The notes under the pieces: model-generated
What the model was told of the DNA's origin: nothing
Seen by the model: only the letters and a program-made list of their open reading frames with translations
Database searches by the model: none
Part shown: positions 1 through 12,724 of the stretch, piece after piece
How the letters are laid out: each line of letters begins with the position of its first letter
Position numbering within the stretch: position 1 is the first letter of the stretch
Source of the DNA: Mobula hypostoma
Taxonomy: Eukaryota
Assembly: GCF_963921235.1 (NCBI RefSeq)
Contig: NC_086098.1
Span: 6,696,001-6,760,000, forward strand
Length of the DNA: 64,000 nt
Reading direction: 5' to 3'
Translations under genes and position numbers: made by a program

Positions 1-735
1 CAGTGATGCTAAGCCACCAGAGCAAACTGACCACACGCTGTCTCTCCTGGGAAATTACTATCCTTGTTTTTAAAACTCCTCATGTAGCAAATCTGCATGA
101 TCAAGTTTGCATAGCCCTCACTAATACACCCATGAAGGACTATAGGGAGCTTGCTAAAATGGTTGATGGTCTACTCTCAGCCAGACAGTAGTGCATCATT
201 CCTCCTCCTTTCTCTGCCTCAATAAGCCCAGTAAGCAAGACCCCCAAAATAAGGACGCCTGTGGCTGCAAGACAGATGACGCCACACCTATGCTTTTACT
301 ATGCTTGTTTTGGTAGGAATGCTCAGAAATGCCAACAACCTTGCAGCTTCAACAGTGCCAGCACATCAGGGCATCAGAGATCTGTGAACACTTTGAGTTC
401 AAGCCGCCAGGGCCACCTACTGCTCATTACAGACATCCTTTCAGTATGACACAGGTGCCCAAGTGACCATGCTGCCTGCCTGGTGATGAGGAGGCAAAGA
501 GTGACAAAACCTTGCTGGAGGCCGCCAACAGCAGCAAGATCCAGACTCACGGGACATGACATGTGACACTCCGCTTCAGTGGATGACGTTACACATGGGA
601 CTTTGTCCTGGCTAAAGTGGCTAGTCCTCTGCTCAGTGTGGATTTCCTGTGTACCCAGGGGCTGTTAGTTGATCTTAAGAACTTCCAGCTTGTGGATGTC
701 AAGGACACTGGGTCATTACCCTGCTCCCCCAGTAA
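1..735 (+). mobile_element. Degenerate Gypsy LTR-retrotransposon gag-protease remnant
   Basis: Translations give gag-like DQVCIALTNTPMKDYRELAKMVD and CFYYACFGRNAQKCQQPCSF, then an aspartic-protease motif DTGAQVTMLP (~448-477) and LLSVDFLCTQGLLVDLKN. Stops and frameshifts are present. Confidence 0.75.
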
Positions 736-739
736 GTCA

Positions 740-897
740 TATCGGTCCCTGCTGTTCCTTTGGATTCATCAGTTGCATGAAGAGGGGGATGCCTGATCCT
801 TGGACAACAGCTTCTCTCCGTATTGTACTGCCCCGGCTTGTATATTTAGTCAGCTATGATGCAACATCCATTGTCAATTTCGACCAACAGTGGGCCT
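740..897 (+). repeat. 3' segment of an RTE-related non-autonomous repeat
   Basis: Aligns by eye to 42725-42900 and 51125-51220 (ttggattcatcag...gcaacatcc...gaccaac). Confidence 0.5.
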
Positions 898-925
898 TAA
901 TAGTACAACTATAAAATTATAAACT

Positions 926-1238
926 GTGTGGGCATGTGGCCAAGTGGTTAAGGCATTGGACTAGTGACCTGAAGGTTGTGAGTTCGAGCCCCAGCCGAGG
1001 GAACGTGTTGTGTCCTTGAGCAAGGCACTTAATCACACATTGCTCTGCGACGACACTGGTGCCAAGCAGTATGGGTCCTAATGCCCTTCCCTTGGACAAC
1101 ATTGGTGGCGTGTAGAGGGGAGACTTGCAGCATGGGCAACTGCTGGTCTTCCATACAACCTTGTCCAGGCCTGTGCCCTGGAGAGAGAAGACTTTCCAGG
1201 CGCAGATCTATGGTCTCGCAAGACTAATGGATGCCTTT
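926..1238 (+). mobile_element. tRNA-derived SINE with CORE-like segment
   Basis: Pol III A box TGGCCAAGTGG (937-947), B box GTTCGAGCC (982-990), CORE-like gtgtccttgagcaaggcacttaa. The 3' body is shared with 10555-10700. Confidence 0.75.
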
Positions 1239-1514
1239 AATCTGAATATTATACTTCCATCCAGGAACGATGGATAAGGCCCAGTGACCCCCTGGTTATG
1301 TGAATCAGCAAGATAGGAGTTCAAGGCCTAGTGTATGGGGTCCCATATCAGGCAAGTTCAGAGCTTAAGGCCTGGAGTTCTCATCCATCGCCATCAGCGG
1401 GTCCGCATTCAAAGTTATCAGTGAGTTCTGGGTCAATATTGGAGACTGAGGCCTGAAGATTGATCAGAAGTCATAAGCCCGGCACCTGTGAGTCCACTGA
1501 GGAAGTTGAAGCAC

Positions 1515-1822
1515 AATGTGGAGAGGACGTTTCTGATAGTGGCAGAGTCTAGGACCAGAGGGTACAGCCTCAGAATAGAAGGACGCATCTTCAGAACAGA
1601 GATGAGGAGGAATTTCTTTTGCCACAGGGTGGAGAATCTGTGGAACTCATTGCCACAGACGGCCGTGGATCCCCAGTTACTGAAAATATTTATAGTGGAG
1701 TTAGATAGTTTCTTTGTCAAAGGAGAAAACAGGAGAATGGGTCTGATCAGCTACGATGGAATGGTGGAGCAAACTGAGTGGGCTGAATGGCTTAATTCTG
1801 CACCTATGGCTTATGGTCTTAT
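1515..1822 (+). mobile_element. CR1 LINE 3' fragment
   Basis: SRTRGYSLRIEGRIFRTEMRRNFFCHRVENLWNSLP, the typical CR1 ORF2 C-terminus, followed by a tatggcttatggtctta tail. Confidence 0.85.
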
Positions 1823-2364
1823 AAGCTATAGGAGCTTATGGCCTTTGTATATTGGTTATGGTCAAAGTCTGCGAACCTGTGCATCCACTGGAGGCTGGGG
1901 ACAGTCTGTAATGGTTTGGAGGACTCTGTATGTGTGTGAGTTGGTTGTGGGAGAGAGGGGCTTGCCTTGCCGTTGCTGTTTGATTGCTTGTTGTGTTCTG
2001 TGTTGTTCACCAAACATTGTGGGCCTGCCATGGGTTGGAGGCAGAATGTGTGGTGACACTCACGGGCTGCTCCCCTGCATATCTTCAGGCTGTGCTGGCT
2101 GTTAACACAGACGACACATTTCACTGAATGGTTCGATGTACGTGTGATAAATCTGAATTAGAGTCGGTCTGTTTACTCTTTGCATCCTCATGGGTGAAGG
2201 CAACACAAAGGTCGCCAGTCGTTGGGTTCCAGAGAAATGGGTGACCCTTCTCACAATCCTTCTTCATTTAAGCCTTCATGGGTTCCGAATCCAAATGTGT
2301 GGCAGAGTGAAGGTTCTGACTTAATGGTAGTTGGAACACCAAATATGGCAATAAATAACAGCAT

Positions 2365-2960
2365 AAACACAAGGAAGTCTGCAGATGCTAGAAATCCAAG
2401 CTACACACACACACACAAAATGCTGGAGGAACTCAGCAAGTCAGGCAGCATTGGAAATGAATAGGTAGTTGACATTTAGGTTGATACCCTCCTTGAGGAC
2501 TGGAAAGGAAGGGGGAAGATGCCAGAATGAAAAGGTGGGGGAGGGGAAGGAGGATATCTAGAAGGTGATAGGTGAACCCAGGTGGGTGTGAAAGGTCAAG
2601 GGTCGGAGAAGAAGGAATCTGATAGGAGAGAAGAGTGGGTCATGGGAAAAAGGGAAGGAGGGGGAACCCAGGGAAAAGTAAAAGGCAGGTGAGAAGGGGT
2701 AAAAGATCAGGGTGGGGAATAGAGGAAGTGGGGGCACGGAACTAGTTTACCAGAAGGAGAAGTCAATATTCATGCCATCAGGTTGGAGGCTCCTCAGCTG
2801 GATATAAGATGTTGCTCCTCCACCCTGCGGGTTGTCTCACCTTGGCACAAGAGTGATCACTTGGATCAACATGTTGGAACAGAATGGAATTCAGGGAATT
2901 AAAATGTTTGGCCACTGTGTAGTCCGACGTGGCAGATGGAGTAGGGGCTGCTTGATTGCA
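2365..2960 (-). mobile_element. Penelope-like element 3' remnant (end of GIY-YIG plus pLTR)
   Basis: The minus strand of ~2755-2845 matches the EEQHL...SLQPDGMNIDFS end of the element at 25576-25902. The pLTR has a decayed hammerhead region. Confidence 0.7.
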
Positions 2961-2989
2961 GACTGTGTTAAAGTTCCCTTTCTACCAAA

Positions 2990-3150
2990 CGGGGGGCACT
3001 TGCCTGCTGGTTAGTGCAATACCCTATAGTGCATCAGGTGTACAATTGGGGTTTGATTCCTGTTGTTTTCTGTAGGGAGTTTGTACATTCTCCCTGTGAC
3101 TGTGTGGATTTCCTCCAAGTGCTCTGGTTTCTTCCCACGTTCCAAAGATG
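2990..3150 (+). mobile_element. tRNA-derived V-SINE (HE1-like), partial
   Basis: V-domain ggagtttgtacattctccctgtgactgtgtggatttcctccaagtgctctggtttcttcccac. Confidence 0.7.
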
Positions 3151-3270
3151 AGTACCAGGTGCCTATGATTAAGCCCAACTGAAACAAGGATCAGCCGGAA
3201 GACCTGGAGTCCAGAGCCCATGGACCGGACCGTGAACCGGAACACGGTCTTCACGGACCGGACCGTGACA
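3150..3270 (-). mobile_element. Truncated LTR fragment related to the solo LTR at 5052-5701
   Basis: Ends in ggaccgtgaca, identical to the terminus at 5691-5701. Confidence 0.45.
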
Positions 3271-3299
3271 ACATCAGATCATTGAGAGTACACCTGTGG

Positions 3300-6060
3300 T
3301 CGTCCCCCCTCAACAATAAGTACTCCATTTTGAGTACTGTTAGCGGGGGACCTACCTGGGGGAAGCAACAGTGGCCGTGCCTCTGACACTGAGTTCAGAA
3401 GGGTAGGGCACTGAAGAGCATGGCAGAAGTAATAGGGGACACTATAGTTAGGGGAACAGATAGGTGATTCTGTGAGAAACACAGATGGTAGTTTGCCTCC
3501 CAGGTGCCAGGTCCACCGTGTTTCTGGGTGCCTCCACAATATTCTGAAAAGGCAGGACAACCAGACAGAAGTCATGGTACATATTGGTACCAAAGACATA
3601 GGTAGAAAAAGGGAGGAGGTCCTGAAAACAGAATGGAGGGAGTTAAGAAGGAAGTTGAGAAGCAGGAGCTCAAGAGTAGTAATCTCGGGATTGCTGCCTG
3701 TACCACGCGACAGTAAGGATAGGAATAGAATGAGGTGGTGGATAAATGCATGACTGAAGAGTTGGAGCAGTGGGCATAAATTTAGATTTCTGGGTCATTG
3801 GGACCTCTTCTGGGCCAGGTGTGACCTGTACAAAAGGGACAGGTTCCGCTTGAATCGAGGGGTACCAATACCCTTGTGGGCAGGTTTATTACAGCCTTTG
3901 GTAGTGATTTAAACTAATATGGCAGGGAGATGGGAACAAGTATGACAGAGCTGAGGATGAGCCAGCAGGTTTACAAGTCGATGATGTAATGTGTAACATG
4001 AACGTAAGGAAGGACAAGCCAATGACTGGGTACAACTGCAGACAGAACAAAGAGATAAGTTGTACCTCAGAGGGAAAATTAAAAAGCGCAAAGAATGCAG
4101 GACTGAAGGCGTTGTATTTAACTGTGTGTAGCATTCAGAATAAGGTGGATGAATTTGTAGTGCAATTGGAGATTGGTCGGTATGACGTAGTGGGCATCAC
4201 TGAGTTGTGACTGAAAGAAGGCCATAGTTGGGAATTTAACATCAAGGGATATAGTTTGTGTCGAAAGGACAGGCAGGAAGGCATAGGCGGTGGTAAGGCT
4301 CTGTTTGTAGGAGATGGAATTACATCTTTAGAAAGAGGTGACATTGGGTCAGAGAATGTTGAATCCTTGTGGATAGAGTTAAGAAACTGCAAAAGTGAAA
4401 AAAAACACTTTAAGAATCATGTCTGGGCCTCCAGAGAGGAGCCAAGATGTGGGGTTGAGATTGCAAAAGGAGCTGGAATAGGCACATAATAAGGGTAATG
4501 TCACAATTGTAATGAGGGTCTTCAATATGCAAGGGTATTGGGAAAATCAATTTGGTGTCGGATCACAAGAGAGGGAATTTGTTGAAGGCCTACAAGTTGG
4601 ATTTTTAGAGCAACTTGTGCTTCAGCCTACTCACAGAAAGGCCATCTTAGATTGGGTGTTGTGTAATAACCCTGACCTTATCAGGGAGCTTAATGTAAAC
4701 GAACTTTTATGAGGCAGTGATCATAATATGATTGAATTCATACTGCAATTTGAGAGGGAGAAGCATAACTTGCATGCATCAGTATCGCAATGAAATAAAG
4801 GGAATTACAGAGGCATGAGAGAAGAGCTCAGGTGGATTGGAGGAGGATATTGGTGGGGACGACAGCAGAGCAGAGTTGGCTGAAGTTTCTGGGAATAGTT
4901 CACAAGGTTCAGGATAGAAATGTCCCACAGAGGAAGGTCTCAAGTGGCAGGGGTAGGTAACTGTGGCTGACAAGAGAAATTAAGGACTGCATAAAAGCTA
5001 AGGAAAGGGCATATAAGGTAGCGAAAGTGAGTGGGAACTTGGATGGTTGGGTGTTACAATAGGCGACTGTGGCAGACCCAAGTGCTGGACATGGACACGG
5101 AGGTAGCATTAACAGAAGTGTGTTTATCAATAGTTGCAAGGAAGGCCAGAGAGCGAGGATTAGATACTTACATGGATGTGAACGTTGGACAACAAACCGG
5201 AGGAGCCTGGACTTGGACACGGAGCCGGGACTCGGACTCGGACACGGACACGGACACAGAGCCGAGGCTCGGACACGGACACGTAGCCGGGACTCGGACT
5301 TGGACACAGAGTGACAAAACCAAACAACAACAGCCAATTCATGTCTCGGCTCGTTGTAGCAGCAAACGGCCTGCAATACTCAGCTGGACACGAGACGACA
5401 GAACCAAACAACGACAGACAATTCGTATCTTGACTCGGAGTAGCGGCAAGCAGACTGCAATCCTCAGCTGGACACGAGATGACAAAATTCCCAAAGCAAC
5501 CACAGGCACCAAAGCAACTTCGAGTCCACTATTCTCGGCAGCCCGGAACATGTTTTGCAGCACTGGCTCAGGTGATGGTCCAGCCAGAGTTTCTATGCTG
5601 CTGGTTCAGATGAGAATCAGATGCCTTAATCAAAGAGCCAGGTAAAACACGGGGAAAAAGAAATTAAAATAAATGAGAAGTCAACGGACTGGACCGTGAC
5701 ATTGGGAAACTTTCAAAATCCAACCAAAGGCAACTAAAAAATCTATAAGAAGGGAAAGATGAAATATGACGGCAAACTAGCCAATAATATAAAGCAGGAT
5801 ACCAAAAATTTTTCCAGTTATATGAAGAGTAAAAGGGAGATGAGAGTTGATATTGGACCACTGGAAAATGATGCTGGTGAGGTAGTAATGGGGGACAAAG
5901 AAATGGCAGATGAACTTATTGGGTACTCTGCATTTATCTTCACTGTGCAAGACACCAGCAGTGTGTCAGAGGCTCGTGAGTGTCAGGGAGCAGGAGTCTT
6001 AAGGTGCATAAGTTACCTGGACCAGATGGACTACACCCTAGAGTCCAAGGAGATTGCTGA
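3300..6060 (+). mobile_element. Degenerate CR1 LINE 5' half (ORF1 SGNH-esterase-like domain plus ORF2 AP endonuclease), split by a solo LTR
   Basis: ORF1-like VMVHIGTKDIG and RVVISGLLPVP. APE-like LYLTVCSIQNKVDE, YDVVGITE and AILDWVLCNNPDLI. Resumes after 5701 with LANNIKQDTKNFSSY. Confidence 0.85.
5052..5701 (-). mobile_element. Solo LTR, 650 bp (probably Gypsy) with internal hexamer repeats
   Basis: TG...CA termini (TGTTAC/GTGACA) and a perfect 5-bp TSD ttggg at 5047-5051 and 5702-5706. GGACAC/GGACTC repeats at ~5208-5307. Confidence 0.8.
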
Positions 6061-6079
6061 AGAGTTATGGTCTTCTGTC

Positions 6080-6352
6080 ATGTGACTTCTAAAACAAAAT
6101 GGCTGCACCAGTGATAATTTGGTGTGCAATATTCACGGGGGGGTAAATACTTCTGCAATCAATCATTTTGTGTTTTATTTCTGTAATTAATTTAGATCAT
6201 TTTACAGAGATCTGTCTCCACTTTGTCACCAAAGAGTCTTTTTCTGTTGATCAGTGTCAAAAATGCCAAATTAAATCCACAGTGATTCAATGTTGTAAAA
6301 GCTTGAAACATAAAAACTTCCAAGGTGTGTGAATACTTTTTACAGGCACTGT
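6080..6352. mobile_element. Tc1-like DNA transposon terminal remnant
   Basis: Ends in gtgtgaatactttttacaggcactgt, a Tc1-type TIR end, with an internal repeat ggtaaatacttctgca. Confidence 0.55.
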
Positions 6353-7104
6353 TGGGCTAGGGTGCCTGACAGTTTTGTACACTGTAGTACAGTAATTTTA
6401 CGTATTGCACTGTACAGCTGTCAACAAAAAACACTAACTTCATGACATATGTGAGTTATGATAAACCTGATTCTGATATGATATGCGTTTCTATTGTGGA
6501 CTGACTGGGAAGGGGGCAGGGAGAGGGGAATCATGGCTGGGAAAAAGAGAAGTGTTAGGGAAGGGAGAGGGGAGGAAACAGGAAGCCCCAGAGAGACATT
6601 CTGTAATGATCGATAAACGAATCTCCTGGAATCAAATGACCTTTGCCTGGTGTCTTCGGGCTGGATGTGTCTGCACCCCCGCCACCCCCTGAGCCTCGCC
6701 TTCCTTCTCCATCACCTGTCCCACGTCTCTCCCACGGAGCTCCACCCTCGCCATTCCTAACGTTGTTTGCCCCTGCCAGATTCCCAAACTCACCGTCTGC
6801 TCCATGTTGACAAATACAGTACAGTTGAAAAGTCTCCGGTACCCTAGATAGATATACATCCCTAAGGCAGTATGTTGTGAAGTTTCTTGTGCTGTGGCAG
6901 TAGTACAGTGCATAACCTTTTGTTACAAGTACAATAAAATTAAATAAGCAGTGTGAAAGAAGAATAGTGATGTAGTGTTGCTGGGTTCACAGACCATTCA
7001 GAATCTTGTGGTGGAGGGGAAGACACTGTTCTTAAAACATAGACTGTGGGTCTTCAGGCTCCTGTGCCTCCTCCCTGATGACAGTGACACAAAGAGGGCA
7101 TGTT

Positions 7105-7875
7105 CTGTATGGTAAGGGTACTCAAATATGATGGCAGAATATAGTATTAATGGTGAGACTCTTGGCAGTGTGGAGGATCAGAGGGATCTTGGGGTCCGAG
7201 TCCATAGGACACTCAAAGCTGCTGCGCTAGTTGACTCTGTGGTTAAGAAGGCATACGGTGCATTGGCCTTCATCAATTGTGGAATTGAATTTAGGAGCCG
7301 AGAGGTAATGTTGCAGCTATATAGGACCCTGCTCAGACCCCACTTGGAGTACTATGCTCAGTTCTGGTCACCTCGCTACAGGAAGGATGTGGAAACCATA
7401 GAAAGGGTGCAGAGGAGATTTACAAGGATGTTGCCTGGATTGGGGAGTATGCCTTATGGAACCAGGTTGAGTGAACTCGGCCTTTTCTCCTTGGAGCGAC
7501 GGAAGATGAGAGGTGACCTGATAGAGGTGTATGAGATGACGAGAGGCATTGATCGTGTGGATAGTCAGAGGCTTTTTCCCAGGGCTGAAATGGTTGCCAC
7601 AAGAGGACACAGGTTTAAGGTGCTGGGGAGTAGATACAGAGGAGATATCAGGGATAATAAGTTCTTTTACTCAGAGAGTGGTGAGTGTGTGGAATGGGCT
7701 GCCGACAACGGTGGTGGAGGCAGATAAGGTAGGGTCTTTTAAGAGACTTTTAGATAGGTAATGGAGCTTAGAAAAATAGAGGGCTATGGACAAGCCTAAT
7801 AATTTCTAAGGTTTGGCACAACTTTGTGGGCCAAAGGGTCTGTATTGTGCTGTAGGTTTTCTATGTTTCTATGTT
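7105..7875 (+). mobile_element. CR1 LINE 3' fragment inserted in a minus-strand Rex/Babar remnant
   Basis: ORF 7128-7727 has QRDLGV, LYRTLLRPHLEY and ERVQRRFTRMLPG, followed by a (tttctatg)n tail. Confidence 0.9.
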
Positions 7876-9439
7876 AAAGAAGACGTCGTTGATGTTGGGG
7901 AAGCCAGTGCCCATGATGGAGCTGACGGCGTTGACAGCCCTCTGCAGCCTCCATACCATCTTTGATGATGCAACCAATCAGAATGTTCTGCAAAGTATGT
8001 CTGTAGAAATTGTCAAAAATCTTTGGTGACGTACAAAATCTCCTCATACTCCTAATGAAGTATAATGACAGGCACGATAGCATCAATATGTTGGAGCCCA
8101 GGACAGATCTTCTGAGATGTCAGAATCTGTGAAATTCTTTGCCACAGGCAGCTATGGAGGCCAAGTCTTTATGTATATTTGAGACAATGAAAATATACAT
8201 AATCAATAGATTCTTGATTAATCAGGGCATGAAGGGATATGGGGCGAAGTCAGGAGATTGGGGCTGAGAGGGAAATTGGATCAGCCATGATGAAATAGTG
8301 GAGCAGACTCGAATGGCCTTTGGTATGGATTTGCACCTCCATACCAGAACTCAGAGTAAACTTATCATCAAAGCAGGTGTATCTCACCATACATTTTCTT
8401 GCGGGCATTCACAGTAGAACAAAGAAATGCAATAAAATCAATGAAAAATTACACAAAGACTGAGAAACAACCAATGTGCAAAAGAGGCGAAACTGCAGAT
8501 AGAAAAATTAATTAATTAGATAGATAGGTAGGTAGGTAGATAAATAATACTGAGAGCATAAGTTGTAGAATCCTTGAAAGGAAATCTATTGTTTATGGAA
8601 TCAGTTCAGAGTTGTGGTGAGTGAAGTTATCCTCAGCAGTTCAGGAGCCTGATGGTTGAAGTTTAATAACAGTTCCTGAACCTGACGATGATGCGACCAG
8701 CTGTACCACCCTAATTTCATTATCAGACTGTTTGTACAGAGTCAGATACCCACTGCCCTATATGCAAGTGTATAGCCACGTGTCATCAGAAGCACAGAGG
8801 TCATTCCAATTCCCTGGTCAGTGCTGTAAGAATAAGCAGAAATCTGGCTGAGCTGCAATAACCACTTCATGTGGACAGGATTATTGCAAGACACAAAGAT
8901 GAAAATCACTGCAGATACCTTCCTATCGCAAATGTTAAGAGCAAATAATGATGAGATTTACATGTCAAATAACTTTGTACACACGCCAACAACTGAAAGC
9001 CCCTGCAGCAATATCAGGACTAGCACTGAGCTAACAAAACTCTCATCTCTGATCACTCGCTCAGGGCAGGACAATAAAGCCACTTTCTAGGTTTACAACT
9101 CTGACCGAAGTCTACTATCTCTTAGAGAGAAGGAAGTATTTAAATTATAACCCACACAAAATACTAGAGGAACTCAGCAGGACAGGCAGCATTGATGAAA
9201 TGAGTAAACAGTCGACATTTTCGGCCAAGCCCTTTCAAAAGGAAGGGGAAGAAGCCAGAATAAGGAGGGGGAAGGGAAGGAGTACGAGAGTACGAGCTGG
9301 CAGGTGATAGGTGAGACCAGGTGGAATGTGGGTGGGGGGGTGGGATGAAATAAGACGCTGGGAGGTCTCACCTGGGTCAAACTTCACTTTCGACCTCACC
9401 TGAGTCAAACACTAAAAGCTGGAGCATATAATTTAGACT

Positions 9440-9630
9440 GGCATTTTCACACGGTACTGGAGGATTTCTGCACAGTCAGGAGTGCCATTTCTTGGATGAA
9501 ACATGAAATCAAATCTCCCCCATCTGATTGTAATAGATTTCATGGCACTGGCTCTTAAGTATTTTGGGCAAAACATAGCCTTCAGCTAAGATAACGTATT
9601 ATGTAACTATTATCCTGTTTCTGTTTGTGG
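9440..9630 (+). mobile_element. Ancient Deu-domain SINE (SacSINE/AmnSINE-like), 5' part; resumes at ~10741-10850
   Basis: Resembles the Deu consensus as recalled (gtactg..g..tgcac.gtc.g.agtgcc.tt....ggatga; catggcact; tgtttgtgg). A tail-like segment follows the inserted element. Confidence 0.5.
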
Positions 9631-9635
9631 TGGTT

Positions 9636-10740
9636 CCTAAGGTTGTCATAGCCAGGGGTGGTAGTGGGGATAGGCTCCAACTGGCGAGTGTCTCCAACAG
9701 CCTCTGACAACCAGGTCCAACTCTTGGCCTTTACGTGCGGTTTAGCTACTAGGCCTGGCATTGTTAGAGTGAGTTTTTTTTGGGTAGATGATTTGTTTAC
9801 ACTTAAATGACTTTGGCCACCAGACTTCTGTTTTAACTGTTTGGCTTCCTAAAAGGGTGTGAATACCAGCTGTAGTTTGACCTGATGCTGTAGTTTCGAA
9901 GACAGTATTATCTATACATGATAAATATTAATTGTCTTCTATGTTAACACGGGAAATGCCAAATAAATGTATCGAAGACTTAACTTACATTCCTACAGGC
10001 TGTGGATACCAACCCAGACACGTTGGCGTCAGAAGGAAAGGATGGTGTGATATTTTGTATGTAGCTTCAATAGGAAGCATTGTCTATGCATTGTCTGTAA
10101 CTTTTTAAGTAGCGATTGCCTTTGTGTTTAGCATATAAATATCGAGCCCACATTGGGCTAGCAGACCTTTCTGCGGAAAGCGCCTCCGTCCGTAAGATGC
10201 CTGCTGTACCTTGTTGTGTCGAATAAAGAAGCTGCTTTGTATCTACCAGTGACTCTGTCTCTCCAGTGATTTCATCCACGCTACGACAAGCATAACTGTT
10301 TCTACTGACAAGAGAGGGGGCAAAGGTGGACCACTGGCGCTCAAAACCAGTTGCTTCGGGCAGCTGGGGCTCATCAGCCTTGGATGGCAGTCCGCCTAGG
10401 AGAAGGAAAACTCTGATTTTAAACCTCTGCTGTCTTGCAGCCATACCCACCCATGGGAAAGACTCCAGGAGTAAACTCCGAGGAAGAAATCCGGAGCTGG
10501 GCTCCCTAAGGCAGTTGGATATTGTTTACAACTTCACTCTGGCAACCTCTGCGATGGCACTGGTGCCAAGCTGTATCAGCGCTAGCCCTTCCCTTGGACT
10601 ACATCAGTGACGTGGAGAGGGGGTCCTGCCACATGGGCAACAGCTGGTTCTTCAAATCCTCCCGCCCAGGCTTGTGCCCAGGAGAGGACACAGTCCACCA
10701 GAAAACCCATGATCCCCTGGGATTGACGGCTGCCTACTGC
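9636..10740 (+). mobile_element. RTE-derived non-autonomous element split by a solo LTR
   Basis: Collinear with 42115-42900 (ggttgtcatag, tagctacta, ctaggagaaggaaa, gagtaaac..gagga..aatcc.gagctgg). The RTE assignment is from recalled 5'-UTR similarity. Confidence 0.55.
9762..10288 (+). mobile_element. Solo LTR, 527 bp
   Basis: TG...CA ends, TSD ggcat/agcat (1 mismatch), TATA-like tataaat at 10134 and AATAAA at 10222. It interrupts a sequence that is continuous at the equivalent site of the 42 kb copy once that copy's own insertion is removed. Confidence 0.75.
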
Positions 10741-10944
10741 TTGTGGTACCTTATGGCACTAACTATGTTTGCTCATAATTCGTCAGCTGTGAACTACTTG
10801 AGGGGACCCAAGGTCAAAAAGGACACTACAGAATACCCAACCTTTTATCCAGGATGAATGTGTTTTACAATGCATCAGACCTGGTGGTATGCTTCTACTT
10901 GGCTAGAGTTTATTTTATTATTTTTTAATTCTTACCTTATTTAT

Positions 10945-11190
10945 TTCGAGATACAACACAGAACAGGCCCGTCTGCCCTAATGATTCACATCATCCAGCA
11001 ACCCACCGATTTAACCCTGGCCTAATCACAGGACAATTTAGAATGACCGATTAATCTACTAACCAGCACGTGTTTGGACTGTGGGAGGAAACCGGAGCAT
11101 CATATGTGTTCACGGGGAGAACATACAAACTCCTGACAGACAGCGGCAGAATTAATCTGAATCCTGAAGCCCCAAGCTGTAACTGCTTCC
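10945..11190 (-). mobile_element. V-SINE
   Basis: Reverse V-domain tttggactgtgggaggaaaccggagca...ggggagaacatacaaactcc. Confidence 0.7.
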
Positions 11191-12724
11191 CTACCATGGC
11201 ACCTTTCATTGAAACCTACCTAACACTGAAAGGCCTGGAAGGAGCGGATACGGAGAAAATGTTTCCCATTGTGGGGGGAGTCTACAACTCGGGGACACAG
11301 CCTCAGAAAAGAAGGACGTCCTTTCTGAACAGAGAGGAGGAGTGATTTCTTTATCCTGAGGGTGGTGAATCTATGGGGGCCAAGTCATTGGGTATATTTA
11401 AAGTGGTGGTTGATACGCTTTTGATTAGTAAGGCGTTAAAGGCTTCAGCAAGAAGGCAGAAAAATGGGTTTGCGAGGGATACTAAGTCTGCCGTGATGGA
11501 GAGGTGGAGCAGATGTAATGGGCCTAATGCCCTAATACTACTCCCAAGTCTTAAGATCTTATGGATGGCTACTGAGATTATAAATATCTTTAGGAACTGC
11601 TGGGACTTAATTTAAAGAATGCAGAGAACATTTACAGGGATATTTCTGGGACATGAGGACCTGAGTGATAGGAAAAGATTGTTTTTATTCCCTGGAGCAT
11701 AGGACAATGAAGTGAGATTTAATAGAGGTATACAAAATTGTGAGAAGTGTACTGTAGATAGGGAAAATGCAAGCAAGCTTTTTCCACTGAGGCTAGAACT
11801 AGAGGTCATGGGTTAAGCGTAAAAGGTGAAATACTTAGGGGGGACGTAAAGGGGAACTTCTTCACTCAGAAGATGGTGTAAGTTTTGAATGAGTTGCCAG
11901 AGCAATTGGTGGATGTGGGTTAAATTCCAACATTTAAGAGAAGTTTGGATAAGTGCATGGATGAGGGAGGTTTACTGAACTATGATCAAGATGCAGGTCG
12001 ATGAGACTAGACAGAATAACATTTCAGCACAGACCAGATGGGCTGAAGGGCCTGTTTCTTTCTGCCCTGTAGTATTCTCTGTTTCTAGGACTGGTCATCA
12101 GGTCAGGCAGCATCTGTTGGAGCTTGGAAAAGATGCTTTCTGCTTGGTGCTCATCATGCTAAACCCCCACGCCCCACGCCCCATGCCCCACCCCCCATCC
12201 ACTCCCCAGTACACCTCCTGAACACAAAGCAAGTTCCATTAAAATCACCTCATCTTCTAATAAAGCAGCATATCAGTACTCCAAATTGAACACTAAATCT
12301 TCTGATAAAGCAGTATATTATTACTCTGGGTTGTACACTGAGTTTAACAATCTCAAGCGTCGCTTCAACTATTTGTATTTTCATCTCTAGTTTCTACATC
12401 CTTTTTTTCTCACTTGTCCCATCATCCATTTTTCCACTTCATCACTCTGTCCATCATTTTTATTTCGCTTCATCCCCCAAGACAAAACATGTTTATTTCT
12501 TTCCGCACGTGAACTTGTAGTTCATCCTCCACTGATGGTGTTTGCTCTAATGAGCATTACTTAGTTTGAATTCCCGATTCCCATCAGTATTTTCCTTATA
12601 GAGATTTCTCACTCTACACCAGACTACAGAGGTGTCGAACAGCACAGTGCCTAACCACAGCTACCCTTTTTGGGTTTGGAGATTCTCCTACTGCCCAGAG
12701 TCATCGCCTGTATATTTATATATT

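Noticed and set aside
926..1000. Possible tRNA gene
   Set aside because: A and B boxes are present, but there is no clean acceptor stem or terminator and it continues into a SINE body.
5031..5645. Overlapping ORFs with DSDTDT, GHGHG and CPCP runs
   Set aside because: These are translations of hexamer repeats inside a solo LTR.
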